From Eledone cirrhosa (taxonomy: Eukaryota), in contig OZ024752.1 of the NCBI GenBank assembly GCA_964016885.1, positions 13,082,001 to 13,146,000 of the forward strand: a stretch of DNA of 64,000 nucleotides, in the 5' to 3' direction. Below are positions 1 through 12,759 of the stretch, one piece after another. Under the pieces are notes generated by a model. That model was given only the letters and a program-made list of their open reading frames with translations, searched no databases and was not told the DNA's origin. Positions within the stretch are counted from its first letter, which is position 1; each line of letters opens with the position of its first letter. The position numbers were made by a program, and so were the translations under genes.

Positions 1-1234
1 TTGATTAACATCTATCTTCCACACTAGCATTGGTTAGACAGGTTTGTCCCATTTAGAGGCAAGTTGGGTCAGGTGACTGTGCCTCACTCATATAGGAAAG
101 TTTCGGGCTGGTTTTCTATAGCTGGATGCCCTTCCTAATGCCAACCACATTTACAGTGTGTGCTGGGTACTTTTTGTTGTGATACCTTCAAGGAGATTTA
201 TCAGGACACAGTGTGTGACATGGCTACTGGCCCATTCAATCACAGGTACAGTCCATCTGATTAGATTTTAAAAAGGTTTCCATCTCCTCAAGTTATGGGA
301 CAATCGAAGGCTGGGGTAACTGATATTTGCTCAAGATGCCATGTAATGAGACCAAACCTGACACCCAATGATTGTAAAGGGAACTTTTTAACCATTCCAC
401 CATGCTGCATTATAGCATAAATGTGTTGTTCACTTTCACTGGCTGAGGTGTAATAATGATGGTTTCAGAGTTAGGCAGAAAGCCAGCAATTTGGGGGGAG
501 GAAATCAACTAAATTAACCCCAGTGCATTACTGGTAATTTTATATTATTCACCCTGTAAGGATGAAAGGCAAAGATAACCTCAGCGGGATTTGAACTCAG
601 AACGTAAAGAACCGTAACTCTGTGCTGCAAAGCATAATGTCTGTTACTCTATTGATACTGCCAAGCCACCATCCTGCTGAGGTGTAATAATAGTTTCTGA
701 TTTGGAAAGAAGGGCCTGTTATATGATCTATATTATGAACTCTACCAACTGTGGCCACCCCTGACTTCACTCGCGATTTATATATATTTATTAAAATAAC
801 AGATTAAAGTTTAAGCAAAGAATCCCGTTAAGGGTGAAAGCAGTGATTCTTTGCTTAAATGTTTATTCTTTTAATAAATATTTGCTCTATGGTTCTTATA
901 TATTTGATATATATTTATCCTTATCGAGCCCTCTTTGGAATTTAGTCGCAATTGGCAGAATCGGTAGAGGCTTAGACGCCATGCTTCCTAGCATAGTTAC
1001 GTCCATTTACGGTCTGGGTTCAAATCCCGTTGAGGTTAACTTTGCCTTTCATCCTTACGGGGTCGATAAAATAAAGTACCAGTAATGTACTGGGTAATTG
1101 CTGGTCTTGTGCCAAAAGTAAAAACAATTATGACTATATATATATATTGTTATGCTTTGGGAGGGTCATGTTGCCAATATCGGTTTCAACACACTTTTTC
1201 AGATAAAGAATCTTGCTAAACAAATTCAGAAATG

Positions 1235-1270
<36 letters not shown>

Positions 1271-1274
<4 letters not shown>

Positions 1275-2056
1275 CATTTGATTCCTCTTATGCTCAGTCT
1301 CTTTCTCAATTCATTTATGCTTTGCCATTCGCGTATATTACTATAACACATCCATTGGAGCATGCAAGCTTCGTTTCTTTCTAATCTACGCAAGTCCTCT
1401 ACACACAACGTCCAGGTCTCACTACCATGTAACATTGCTGTTCATATACATGCATCATACAGTCCGCCTTTCATTTTGAGGGAAAAGCCTTTTGCAGCTA
1501 GCAGTGGTAGTAGCTCCCTGAAATTCTTCCATCCCGTTCTTACCCTAGTTATTGTACTTTCAGAACACCCTGCGTTGGTATGGACATGTGATGTGAATGA
1601 AGGATGACAGCTGCATAAAAAGGTGCAGAGCACTAAAAGTCCATGGAAGCCGTGGAGTGGGGAGACCCAAGAAGACCTGAGATGAGGTGATAAAAGCTAC
1701 CTTGCCCAATTGCACCTCTCAAAGGCGATGACACAGGACCGTGACCTCTGGCATCACACAGTAATACAGAAGACCCGACTTCCCACGGGTACAAGCCGAA
1801 GTTGAAGCATATAGACAATATGCTCCCAACCCCTCCCACTGCAAAGTGGTTGTGGCGGTGTCACCACAAAAAAGCACCCAGCCCACACTGTAAAGTGGCT
1901 GTGTAAGTGCCACGGTAAAAAAGCACCCAGCATTCACTGTAAATGAGGTTGGTGTTAGGAAGGGTATCCAGCTGTAGAAATCAAGCCAGAATCAGTACCC
2001 GTCCCACCCTTGCAAGCAGGGAAAAGCGGATGTAAAATGATGATGATGATGATGAT
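1271..2056 (+). mobile_element. 5'-truncated, 5'-inverted RTE-clade LINE
   Basis: About 1271-1570 is antisense RT-tail coding (GCSEST...IKWC). About 1571 onward is sense (RWYGHV, then 3'UTR), ending in (ATG)n. Flanked by (TA)n. Confidence 0.85.
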
Positions 2057-2147
2057 ATATATATATATCATCATCATCATTCTATATCCATTTTCCACAC
2101 TAGCATGTGTTGGACGATTACATATATATTATTATACATAAACAAGG

Positions 2148-2336
2148 GCAGTGGATTGGCAGTATCGGTAGACGGTCGGACGCCATGCATGCAGCATGGA
2201 GTTAGGGCCCTTTACGTTCTGAGTTCAAATCCTGCGGAGGTTAACTTTGCCTTTCATCCTTAAGGGGGTCGATAAAAATAAAGTACCAGCAATACACTGG
2301 GGTAATTGCCGGCCTTGCTCCAAAAGTAGAAACAAC
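2148..2336 (+). mobile_element. tRNA-derived SINE, family A. Other copies at about 460-665(-), 945-1130, 10540-10730(-), 21225-21357, 37553-37770, 42610-42700(-)
   Basis: A-box TGGCAGTATCGG and B-box GAGTTCAAATCC. Shared core GCCTTTCATCCTTACGGGGTCGATAAAATAAAGTACCAG and tail GGCCTTGTGCCAAAAGTAGAAACAATTA. Confidence 0.85.
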
Positions 2337-2383
2337 TATACATAAACACGAGAATTTGAGAGATCTGAAACTTGAGCTTTTAC

Positions 2384-2609
2384 CTTTTCTTTTTGTCTAG
2401 TTTCTCTCAACTCATGTTCCAGTTGATGTGCTCTTTCTTCAAGTTCTGCGTTAGATCTATGCACAGTTACAGTTTCAACTGTTTCCAGATCAACAAGCTG
2501 TCCAAATTTATCTTCAATCATCCTATTACAAGTGTCTTCAAGTTCAGTTATTATCTGTTCAAACTGTTTTTTGTCCCTCAGAAGCTGGAAGTGTTTTAGA
2601 CGTTCGTCT
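2384..2609 (-). CDS. CFAP44: CFAP44 exon 13/13 (further 3' exons lie outside the window)
   Basis: tacag/gtaaaa boundaries. Encodes DERLKHFQLLRDKK...MIEDKFGQLVDLETVETVTV. Confidence 0.9.
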
Positions 2610-2736
2610 CTGTAACAAAGTTTTAATTCACATTCAATCTTCTGATTCTTCTTAGATCTCAAAGTCATGCCCTCAACATCTACAAATACTACTGTCTACA
2701 TTATAACTCATAAATAGTGTTAACAGTACATGTGTA

Positions 2737-2763
<27 letters not shown>

Positions 2764-2767
<4 letters not shown>

Positions 2768-3155
2768 GGCCTGACCTGGTGGTTTTGGACAAGGAAAAAA
2801 GATTGTGCCTGATTGTGGATGTAGCCTGCCCATTCGACACGAGAGTGCAAGAAAAGGAGAGGGAGAAAATTAACCGATACCAGGACTTAAAGTGAGAGTT
2901 AAAAAGGATTTGGAACTGCCATGAGACCAAGGTCGTCCCGATTGTCATAGGTACACTAGGTACTATCTCAAAGAGTTTCCAAGGATGGTTAAAGCCCCGC
3001 TTTTTGGAACACTTCAAAAGCATGCTTGCTGGGAACAGCAAGAACACTCCGATACGTCCTGAATGTCTGAGGCTGCAGGTAGTGGCTTGATATACATTTC
3101 AACAAACTTTCCAGTTAAATAACATCAATGACAAACTCAAAGAACAATAATAATA

Positions 3156-3158
<3 letters not shown>
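2764..3158 (+). mobile_element. R4/Dong-clade non-LTR retrotransposon 3' fragment (restriction-like endonuclease)
   Basis: Translates NRPDLVVLDKEKRLCLIVDVACPFD...EKINRYQDL*...VVPIVIGTLG...CLLGTARTLR (last block after a deletion). (TAA)n on both sides. Confidence 0.85.
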
Positions 3159-3203
<45 letters not shown>

Positions 3204-3242
3204 GATATTAATAAATGGAAACTATCTTTATAAAACCATATT

Positions 3243-3303
3243 TATTTTATTATATATATTTCAAGGGTACCAAAACTTTGGTACACTCTCATCAGATAAG
3301 ATA
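3243..3303 (-). ncRNA. Type-I hammerhead ribozyme motif
   Basis: Reverse strand reads TCTTAT-CTGATGA-GAGTGTACCAA(AGTT)TTGGTACCCTT-GAA-ATATATAT-A-ATAAAA. Confidence 0.75.
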
Positions 3304-3558
3304 CAAAAATTGTTTTACAGACAGTGACATATCAAAACTATAAACTTCTGTTTGAATAGTGAAGAACTTCAAATCATGGGATGAATATGCTAATGAGGAT
3401 AACGTTAGAATTGAAAAAGATTGTTTAGACGCTAGGTAAATTTAAGGTTATTATTAGGGTGAAAGAAAAATTAAGGAAAGATTTTAAGAAAAAAATATTT
3501 AAAATTAATAATAGACTATTAATATAGATATATGTATATAATTGTATGGAGCATATTT

Positions 3559-3633
<75 letters not shown>

Positions 3634-4131
3634 ATATGGGAAGAGAATGCTAAAAAGATCTCATTCAGAGAAGCAAATATATATAGAGAATATCTTATAC
3701 AAAATCACTGAAGGGGGGATACCAGTAATGTACTCTAAACAACACTTCACAAGCATCCTTCCCTGGTTATATACTGACAATCAAGCAACCGAAACATAGA
3801 AAGCCTGACTAAAATTCCCTGACGTAGTTTACAGTTTCTAAAATGAAGAATAAATCAGACCATTCCAATAGATTGATATGGCCATCATTACAAGAAGAGT
3901 TTGTCTACCTAAAACCCAGTAATAAGTATATAAAAGGAACATGGAACATCTGTCAACAGTTTAGTTGTGGATCAGGCATGTAAACTCACATATCTGGGGG
4001 AGATGTCGAAGAAGAGTTGGGCTTCAATTTCCTTGATCACACCAGATCTGATCAATATTGAAACAATTGTAATATACAAATAAAGTTTCTACATAAGCTG
4101 CGAATCTGACTTCAATTATGTTATATATATA

Positions 4132-5162
4132 TATCATCATCATTTTACGTCCATTTTCCGCTGCTTGCAAGGGTGGGATGGGTCCTATTCAGCACAGCAT
4201 CTCTCCACTTGTCACGGTCCTTCGTCATCTCCTCTGTGAGCTTCAGTGATCTGAGGTCTGCTCTCACCACCTCCACCCATGTTTTTCGTGGTCTACCTCT
4301 CTGCGTCTTCCTTCTATTGGTATTTCTTGCCACTTCTTTACCCAGCGGTCATCCTCCATGCACATCACATGTCCATACCATCATAGTCTTCTCTCCCGCA
4401 CCCTACAACTTATCCCTCTTATATACAGTTTCTCTCTCAACTCATCCATGCTTGGTTGTTCAAGTACATTGACATTACACATCCAACGGAGTATGCTTGC
4501 TTTATTTCTCTCCAGCCATAGCATATCCTCTACCGTTGCTGCCCATGTCTCACTACCATGCAGTATCACGCATCTCACACAGTCATCATATAACTGGCCT
4601 CTCGTCTGCAGGGAGAAACCCTTCTTCGTCAGCAGAGGAAGCAGCTCCCTAAACTTCTTCCAACCCGTCCTTATTCTAGATACTATGGCCTCAGAACACC
4701 CCCCTCCCATGCTAATCTGATCACCTAGGTACTGGAAGCTATCAACCACTTCTATAGAACCTACCTGCATTTGAAAAATGTGTATCACTGCGACTTCTAC
4801 TGTCAAATTTCCCTGTAAATCTACTGCATACATATTTTTCCCTACCTGTTAGTTTGCCTGCTATCCCACTACATCTCTTGTGTACCCAAGACCTGCATTG
4901 TGTACATTTTATAGAATTTATGCCAGTTCCTTTTCTACATATCGAACATGGCCATTTTCCTGATGGAATCAGAGTTTTGTTCTCTTTTCTACTTATCAAC
5001 ATTTTGTCTTAGCTAGGTTCACTCTCAGTCCTTTTGATTCCAACTGGTTTCAATAGCCAGAATTTATTTTCTAGCTCCTCTACTGATTCTGCTACAAGAA
5101 CCAGATCGTCAGCATAGAGAATTCCCATGGGCAGCCAGTCTTAAACTCCCCTGTTATGGCTT
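4132..5162 (-). mobile_element. 5'-truncated RTE LINE with PHD-containing RT (frameshifted)
   Basis: YADDL, GKWPCSICRKG...WVHKRC, FQYLG and LHGSETW motifs. (ATG)n tail and (TA)n flanks. Confidence 0.9.
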
Positions 5163-6932
5163 ATATATATATATATGTATATATATATATAAATCTGAGT
5201 ATGTCTTGGGTAGTTACCGACACTTCAATTTGCAAGGTAGAGCACTCAACGAAGTGCGAAGGTGGGTCTGTTTACTCTGGAGTATTTTAAAAACAAGGCT
5301 AAAATTAACTTTGTTTATTCATACTTGCTGTTATATATCTTTTGGTGATAACCATTATTCAACAGCTATGACCTCATCAGACAGCTAGAACTTGAACAGA
5401 AAAATATAATGATGGAACAAAGTTTACCTCTGTTATTTTGATTATTTGATATGCCTGTCCCAAAGCATGTTGTTTTCTCAACATATATATGTAGCTCATC
5501 TCTCAAACTTTTACAAAGGCCCGAGGGGATAAAATTAATATAAAGAGTGGTGTGCAAATGAAGACCCCTACAGACAGAAAAAGAAGTTGCCAAGTGTTTA
5601 ATAGCAACTCCTTTTTCTGTCTTATAGACAGAAAAAGGAGTTGCTATTTTATAAACTATCTTATAGTATCTCTGTGCATGAGCACATTGCTCTTTATATT
5701 AACTGTTAATAGTATCTATAAACTAGCATTTATTATAAATTGGTAATATCATATAGTGGTTAAAGCGTAGGGCTTACAATCATGAGGTGGTGAGTTTGAT
5801 TCTTGGACCAGTAAGACACTTTATTTTACACTTTATTTTACATTGCTCCAGTTCACAATGACTTGTGACATCACTGGTGTCAAACTGTATTGGCATTTCC
5901 CTTGGACAACATCGATGGTGTAGAGAGGGGAGACTGGTATGCATAGGTGACTGCTGGTCTCCACAAACAACCTTTCTGGACTTGTGCCTCAGAAGGGAAC
6001 TTTCTAGGTACAAATCCCATAGTCATTCATGACCGAAGAAAGTATTTATCCAATATCATGTACACATTAATACTATAACTTTCATAATACCCTCGAACAA
6101 TGCTCTACTGTTCAGGTAAAGCTTCCCTTTAGATTATAAGCTAACATTTTGTAAGAAGCCTAAATTTATGCTAGCAAAATACAAAATTAAGATTATTCTA
6201 ATACAAAATGAAATGATTTTCTAAAATTAAATAAACATCATTTTCTACATGTATAAAGCTGGCACAATGAAAACCATCTCTTTAAATTGCGATGTTAGAA
6301 AATCTTGAAGGACAGAGAAAGTTTAACACAATAACTGACACACGATTTGTAGAGGAATATGCAGAAAACATTTCTTACATTCATTAAGAATTAAGAAATG
6401 CCAGTTATATTGAAAGATACATTAGACATAGAAATGAAAGAATCTGTACAGCAGAAATGCCAGTTATTTTGAAAGATAAATTAGACATTGTTATATTTGG
6501 AGAGGGTGATGTTTCCTAATATTGCCAAAAATAATATAAAAAACGCTCAATGTTTGGTTTGGTTTTCGCTTTAGTATATTTTTATATCTTTATAAATAAT
6601 TTAGCTGGCAATCAATGTTTATCATTGATTGACCAACAGTTAAAGATATAATCTATCAAAGTTCTTTTGTCACACATTTCTGTGACATTTTCTGTGTTTC
6701 CTCCCATTTTTTTCCTATAATGGTTCTTTTTTGTTGTTGTCTCAGTTTGCGTGTGATGTTTGTGTGTATGTATACTGTTTGGTGTGTGTTCGTGTCTGAT
6801 TCTGCGTGTGTTTATAATCTATCTTTGGTCACTAGTGTCTGTTTAATGAGAAAGAAATCAAGGAATCTTTACACCAAACAGGATCTTTGAAATATGGCCA
6901 CAAAGAGTAACTTTCTAAAACCTAATGCTCAC

Positions 6933-7129
6933 CGTTTATTTTTCTTTTGCTGGTTTTTTTCAGCCTGAAGTTCTCTAATTCTGTTGTTCAACTGCATAAT
7001 CTGCTTGTTTCTGAAAACCAAAGCCTTTGAAACATCATGCGGGAATTTCTTATTGACAGTGTACTGAATTTGTCGCAAGAGTAAAGTTACCGTAACATCC
7101 AGCTCATTCAACTTGCGCTGTTTTTCTAA
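6933..7129 (-). CDS. CFAP44: CFAP44 exon 12/13
   Basis: ttcag/gtgagc boundaries. Encodes LEKQRKLNELDVTVTLLLRQIQY...ALVF...RIRELQAEK. Confidence 0.93.
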
Positions 7130-7762
7130 CTGAAAAGGAGGAAAACATGGAACTAACAAATTAAAAATCTAATGATCAAGACTGAATTTATCATGGCGGG
7201 GTTGTGGAAGGGGTAAATGCCCTGGGCACACCTTGTCAAACAGTCCCTGCCCCGCTAACCTAAACAGCCATGTCACTCCCACCAAACCTGAACTGCCCTG
7301 GGCCCCCAAACATGAACAGCTCTGCCCTGGTCCATCTAAACATGAACAGCCCTGGGTCCCCACCAAAAAAAAAACAAAACCTGAACTGCCCCAGGACCCC
7401 AAGGGCCTAAATATGGCCCTGTATATGACCACCATAAACATTGCAGTTATCTTGTTTTTATCACTTTTAGAAACAAATTTATTGTTAAACCGGAGTATAC
7501 AATGATGAAAGTATTAAAATAATAAACAGGAAAAGAAAAAAACCCTTCTTCCTTCTGAGTGTTGGTGAAGCTAAGTGTACAAATAGTGCTGGTCTTACCT
7601 ATAAACTCAATAAGCTATAGCTTAGGGCCACACGCCCTCACAGGTCTCATTTAAAAAAATATATTTGTCTTACCCATGCTAGCATGGAAAATGGACGTTA
7701 AACGAGGATGATGATGATGATGATTTCATCATTAGTTTTTGTTGTTTAACACTAAATCATAA

Positions 7763-7802
<40 letters not shown>

Positions 7803-7975
7803 AGATGAAATCGAAAATGCAACTGGAGTCTTATTTTTAAATAAATATATATATATTTTTTAAAATAAGACTCCAGTTGCATTTTCGATTTCATCTTTTT
7901 TTCTTTATACTTTCACTCGTGTAGGACACCTCGGTTATTTTTCATTTTGTAAAAAAAACCTCACTTTCTAATATT

Positions 7976-8033
<58 letters not shown>

Positions 8034-8060
8034 ATTATATATATTATATATATATATATA

Positions 8061-8421
8061 ATGCATGTGCAATGTCAATGTGCGTAAACGACCAAGCATA
8101 GATGAGTTGAGAGAGAAACTGTGTATAAGAGGTATAAGTTGTGGTATGCAGGAGAGAAGACTGAGATGGTATAGACATGTGATGCGCATGGAGGATGACC
8201 GCTGGGTAAAAAAGTGAAAGTGCCAAGAAATCCCAGTAGAAGGAAGACGCAGTAGAGGAAGACCACGTAAAACATGGGCGGAGGTGGTGAGAGCAGACCT
8301 CAGATCGCTGAAGCTAACAGAGGAGATGATGAAGGATCATGACAAGTGGAGAGATGCTGTGCTGAATAGGACCCATCCCACCTTTGCAAGCAGGGAAAAG
8401 TGGATGTAAAATGATGATGAT
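8061..8421 (+). mobile_element. RTE LINE 3' fragment
   Basis: Homologous to 61690-62045. (ATG)n tail, inserted in (TA)n. Confidence 0.85.
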
Positions 8422-8843
8422 ATATATATATATATTCTGTATCAATAACATTAATATAAAAGATATTCTAGAGAAAGGCTTCAAATTTCATATAGCTTAA
8501 GCTTATAGTTATCACACCCCTACCCTATTATAGTCATTTTCTTGGTTTATATCATTAAAACACCTTCCCCAAATTCCTTTAATCTTTTTGTGATGCCATT
8601 TCTAATGAAATAGACTCTATTTCAATTAATTAATTAATAATTTTGAGGAATTCACTAAAATTATTAAACATTTTGATGTGCAATGTAAATGTGAGAGAAA
8701 GGCAGAGCTTGGATGAACTGAGGGTGAAGCTAGGTTAAGTTCTGGAAGGAAAATAACCAAATCTAGGCATTATAGAGTTAGACATGGCCTAGGCCAACAC
8801 TGGCCGAAACCAATCAAAGTTATCAAAGTTACAAGGAATTTAC

Positions 8844-9020
8844 CTGAAATGCTTCTAGATCATTTTGTGCTTTCTCAAGGGATGTATTAATAACTTTAGC
8901 TTTCTTGTTTAATGCATCCATATCCTTCCTGAATGTATCCTGGTTTTTCCTTTCTTCCATCAACAATTCTTCAACATCGAGTCGTTTCTCTCGCATTGTG
9001 CAAGTGGTGTCATAAAGGAT
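8844..9020 (-). CDS. CFAP44: CFAP44 exon 11/13
   Basis: tgtag/gtaaat boundaries. Encodes ILYDTTCTMREKRLDVEELLMEERK...AQNDLEAFQ. Confidence 0.92.
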
Positions 9021-9111
9021 CTACAATGACACACCAAAATAGTGGAATACTTGATGATATTCAGTTAATATTTATTTCAGTACAAGACAAGATGGAAGGG
9101 AGTGAGGAAGG

Positions 9112-9572
9112 TGTCCTCAAGCTGGGGACATGGCCTGGGGTCCTTAAACAGGGGACATGGCCTGGAGTCCTCAAACTTGAAACATGGCCTGGGGTCCTCA
9201 AACTAGGGACATGGAGACATGGAGAGATGGTGTGGAGTCCTCAAACAGGAGACATGGCCTGGGATCCTTAAACAGGAGACATGGCCTGGAGTCCTCAAAC
9301 TTGAAACATCACCTAGAGTCCTCAAACTAGGGACATGGAGACATGGAGACATGGTCAGGAGTCCTCAAACAGGAGAGATGGTCTGGAGTCCTCAAACAGG
9401 AGACATGGCCTGGGATCCTTAAACAGGGGACATGGCCTGGAGTCCTCAAACAGGAGACATGGCCTGGAGTCCTCAAACTTGAAACATCACCTAGAGTCCT
9501 CAAACTGGGGACGTGGCCTAGAGTCCTCAAACTGGGGACGTGGTCTGGAGTCCTCAAACTGGAGACATGGCC
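9112..9572. repeat. About 27-bp minisatellite (GGAGTCCTCAAACAGGAGACATGGCCT), roughly 16-17 units
   Basis: Direct tandem units visible. Source of the repetitive spurious ORFs here. Confidence 0.9.
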
Positions 9573-10806
9573 ATTAACAGGCATAGACAACCCTTTTCCA
9601 GCAGTGGGCTCATCATATGGTGGGCCACACTACTAAAAAATTCAAGGCAATTTTGAAATCCAAACAGGCTGCATGTGGTTCACAGGCCACAGTTTGCCCA
9701 TGACTTGGCTAGAGTCTACTGAAGGCACACAAAGATTAAATGGTGGTGTTAAAATGAGCAATAGTTTAAGTCTAAAGTTGGCCATGGAATTATTTGAACT
9801 CAGAAAGTAATTAGCTGAAACAAATAGCAAAAAGCATCTGATCTGAAACATGATTTCACCGGGCCACTGCCCTTGTCTCCTACTATATTTATTGATCCCT
9901 AAATGCATAAAAGGCAAAGCTGGCTCCAGCAGGATTAAAATTCAGAGATGCAAGGAGCTGGAATAAATTCAACAAGGCATTTTGTTCAATGCTCTTATTA
10001 TTCTGCCTAAAGATAACAAAAACTTTTCTGAAAAACAAAACAAAAAAACATTTCAGATTTGTGATGTAGCATTATATTAAACTAGCAGAAAAACCAGCCA
10101 TTGAGTGGCTTTCTGCTAGCATGTCTAGTGTACATATTGATATTATATGCAAATATATATATGCATGTAGATATGATACATAAAATAATATCGTAATTCA
10201 CAATATGCACAGAAATTGAAGAGAGGCTGTGTTACACTGTCTTCTGTAACCAGTAAAGTAATCCATGATACATTTAAAAAAGACAATATTATATATAAAC
10301 TGCATTACGGTGAAATGTAATGAAAACGAAAAAGAAGAAAATTAGCGACAGAAATATAAACGTTATGATGCAAATATATAAACGTTTATATAAGTGATGT
10401 GATATAGCGTCTGTTATATCATAACTGGAAGTATTGACATTTGAAAATTTTAAAAGAAGTGAATCTTAAAATAAGCAATCGTTATATATAAGAATATTTA
10501 TGTTTAATCAACAGCTACAAAATTTAGTACATAAAGTATATAATTGTTTCTACTTTTGGCACAAGGCCAGCAATTACTCAGTACATTACTGGTACTTTAT
10601 TTTATCGACCCTGTAAGGATGAAAGGCCAAGTTAACCTCGGCGGGATTTGAACTCAGATCGTAAAGGGAAGTAACTCTTTGCATCAAAGCATGGCGTCCG
10701 CCCCTCTACTGATACTGCCAATCCACCGCCCATAAACTATATATTCATTCATTACCGGGGTCGATAGAATAAAGTACCAGTAATGCACTGGGTAATTGCT
10801 GGCCTT

Positions 10807-11455
10807 GTGCGCAGGACATTGAAACAGTTCTGCACGCAATTGTACACTGCCCGGGCGTAAGCGACCTGTGGAACTATGCAGAACAACTGCTGTCGCGTAT
10901 GGGACAAATACAGTTGACTGCCGAGTCCATAGTAAGGATCAAACCGCCAGACTCTTTCAAAAACGAAAGAGAGGCGGTTTTCCTCTGTACGGTGGCTATG
11001 GTGAAAGAAGTTATATGGTGGATCAGGTTGAGAGGACTGAGGACAGATGCCTTTCTCTCCGGACAACAATTGATTCCCTTCTTTAAGTATCACTTTAGAA
11101 GGAGAATCAGGGTGGAGAGAGAGGCACTGCACCCCAGTAAATTTACTGAAAGGTGGGTGAATGAAGCGAAAATGGCCCGAGTGATTGGGCCTTCTCTGTT
11201 TATAAGCCTGTAGGTTGAGGAAGAGAGCAAAAGGAAGAAAGGAGCACTTGCACAACACGCTCCTTGAGTTGAGGGTTGTTCTATCGACGGGGTATTAAAC
11301 AACCCATTTGTGGCGCCTCCCCCCTATTGGGGATTTCGATTGTTGAAATTGTTTGTTTTTATATTTTTTACACGACTGTATGTAAAATCCCCGGCATGTC
11401 TTTGTATTGTCCCCTTTCTTGTTGCGCCCTTGTGGCTAATAAAGAAATCTATCTA
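10807..11455 (+). mobile_element. L1/Tx1-type LINE 3' fragment
   Basis: CAQDIETVLHAIVHC...LW (end of a CCHC knuckle) is in frame with ORF 10899-11213 ending F..RW. 3'UTR contains AATAAA. Confidence 0.75.
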
Positions 11456-11470
11456 TTTATTCAAAGTAAT

Positions 11471-11657
11471 GGCAGTGGATTGGCAGTATTGGTAGAGGGT
11501 CGGACGCCATGCTTTGACGCAGAGTTACGGCCCTTGCCATTCTGAGTTCAAACCCCACCGAGGTTAACGTTGCCTTTCATCCTTACGGCGTCAATAAAAT
11601 AAAGTACCAGTAATACACTGGGTAATTGCTGGCCTTGTGCTTAACGTAGAAACAATT
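11471..11657 (+). mobile_element. SINE family A with target-site duplication
   Basis: ATTTATTCAAAGTAAT flanks both sides (about 11455-11470 and 11658-11673). Confidence 0.88.
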
Positions 11658-12759
11658 ATTTATTCAAAGTAATCCAACTTATTTTACTAACGGGATTTCC
11701 CTCCAACACCACCCTTTCTCTATAAAGTTATGTTGGTACCACAACATCCAGTCCAAACTAATGAGGTCGTGTAGGTGTCACAACAAAAAAAAACACACAG
11801 TCCACGCTGTAATGTGGTTGTGTAGGAGACACAGTTAAAAGGCTCCCAGTCCACACTGTAAATGTTGTTGGTGTTAGGAAGGGCCTCCAGCCGTAGAAAA
11901 CCTGCCAGATAGTCCTATACGAGCGAGACACGGTCACCCGACCAATCTTAACTCAAGTGGGACAATTCCCGTTTAACCCATGCTAGCATGGAAGATAGAC
12001 ATAAACGATGATGATGATGATGATTCAGGACAGTCCTGCACTCCTCCTCCTTTTATTATATTATGATGTTTTTTCATTTTTCTGTTTGAGATTGATATAT
12101 TCTCTGAAAGTAAATCTCCCGAAGGAGACGACACAGGAGTAAGCTGATTTACAATATACTATAATGCCTGTCATTCACAGGTCCAACTTTGTCACATACC
12201 TGGTCATGCTGGCCTATGTTGAAGTGTGTTGGAAGTACACGTGACTGCAGAATGTTCAGCCACTTACATTTAAATTTCATGAGCAGGCTGTTCCGTTAAT
12301 AGAACAACTGAAAGACCCATCCTCAAAAGAGGATGGGTCTTTCAGTTGTATTCAATAGATAGAAATGTCTTTAAACATAGGAAGGAAAGGAGTTAATGAG
12401 TTTCAACTTCCTGTGTACATCTATTTTAACTGAAGAGTCATAAGATGAAGTGCTACATACAGAAGCTAAACTATCAGATAATACATATTATTTACTCTAG
12501 CATACTATGTCAACCAGTTATAAGAAAGGATTAACACTTTAACATTTAAACTGGCCATATCCAGCCAGAACTTTCACCTCTTTCTCTTTAAAATGGCTGT
12601 AACTGGCCACTCATATTGATGTTGTTCTCAAAATAAATAATATCAAAATCTCATAGATTCCATATTATGTGAGATAATTATGTGAGGTAAAGTGTTTACC
12701 ATGAAAATATAATAGTAAATATAGAGTATTGTAAATACCAAAGGGCTAAATAGCACAAT

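Noticed and set aside
8933-9636. Repetitive ORFs (TWPGVLK...)
   Set aside because: Translations of the 27-bp minisatellite, partly antisense to a real exon.
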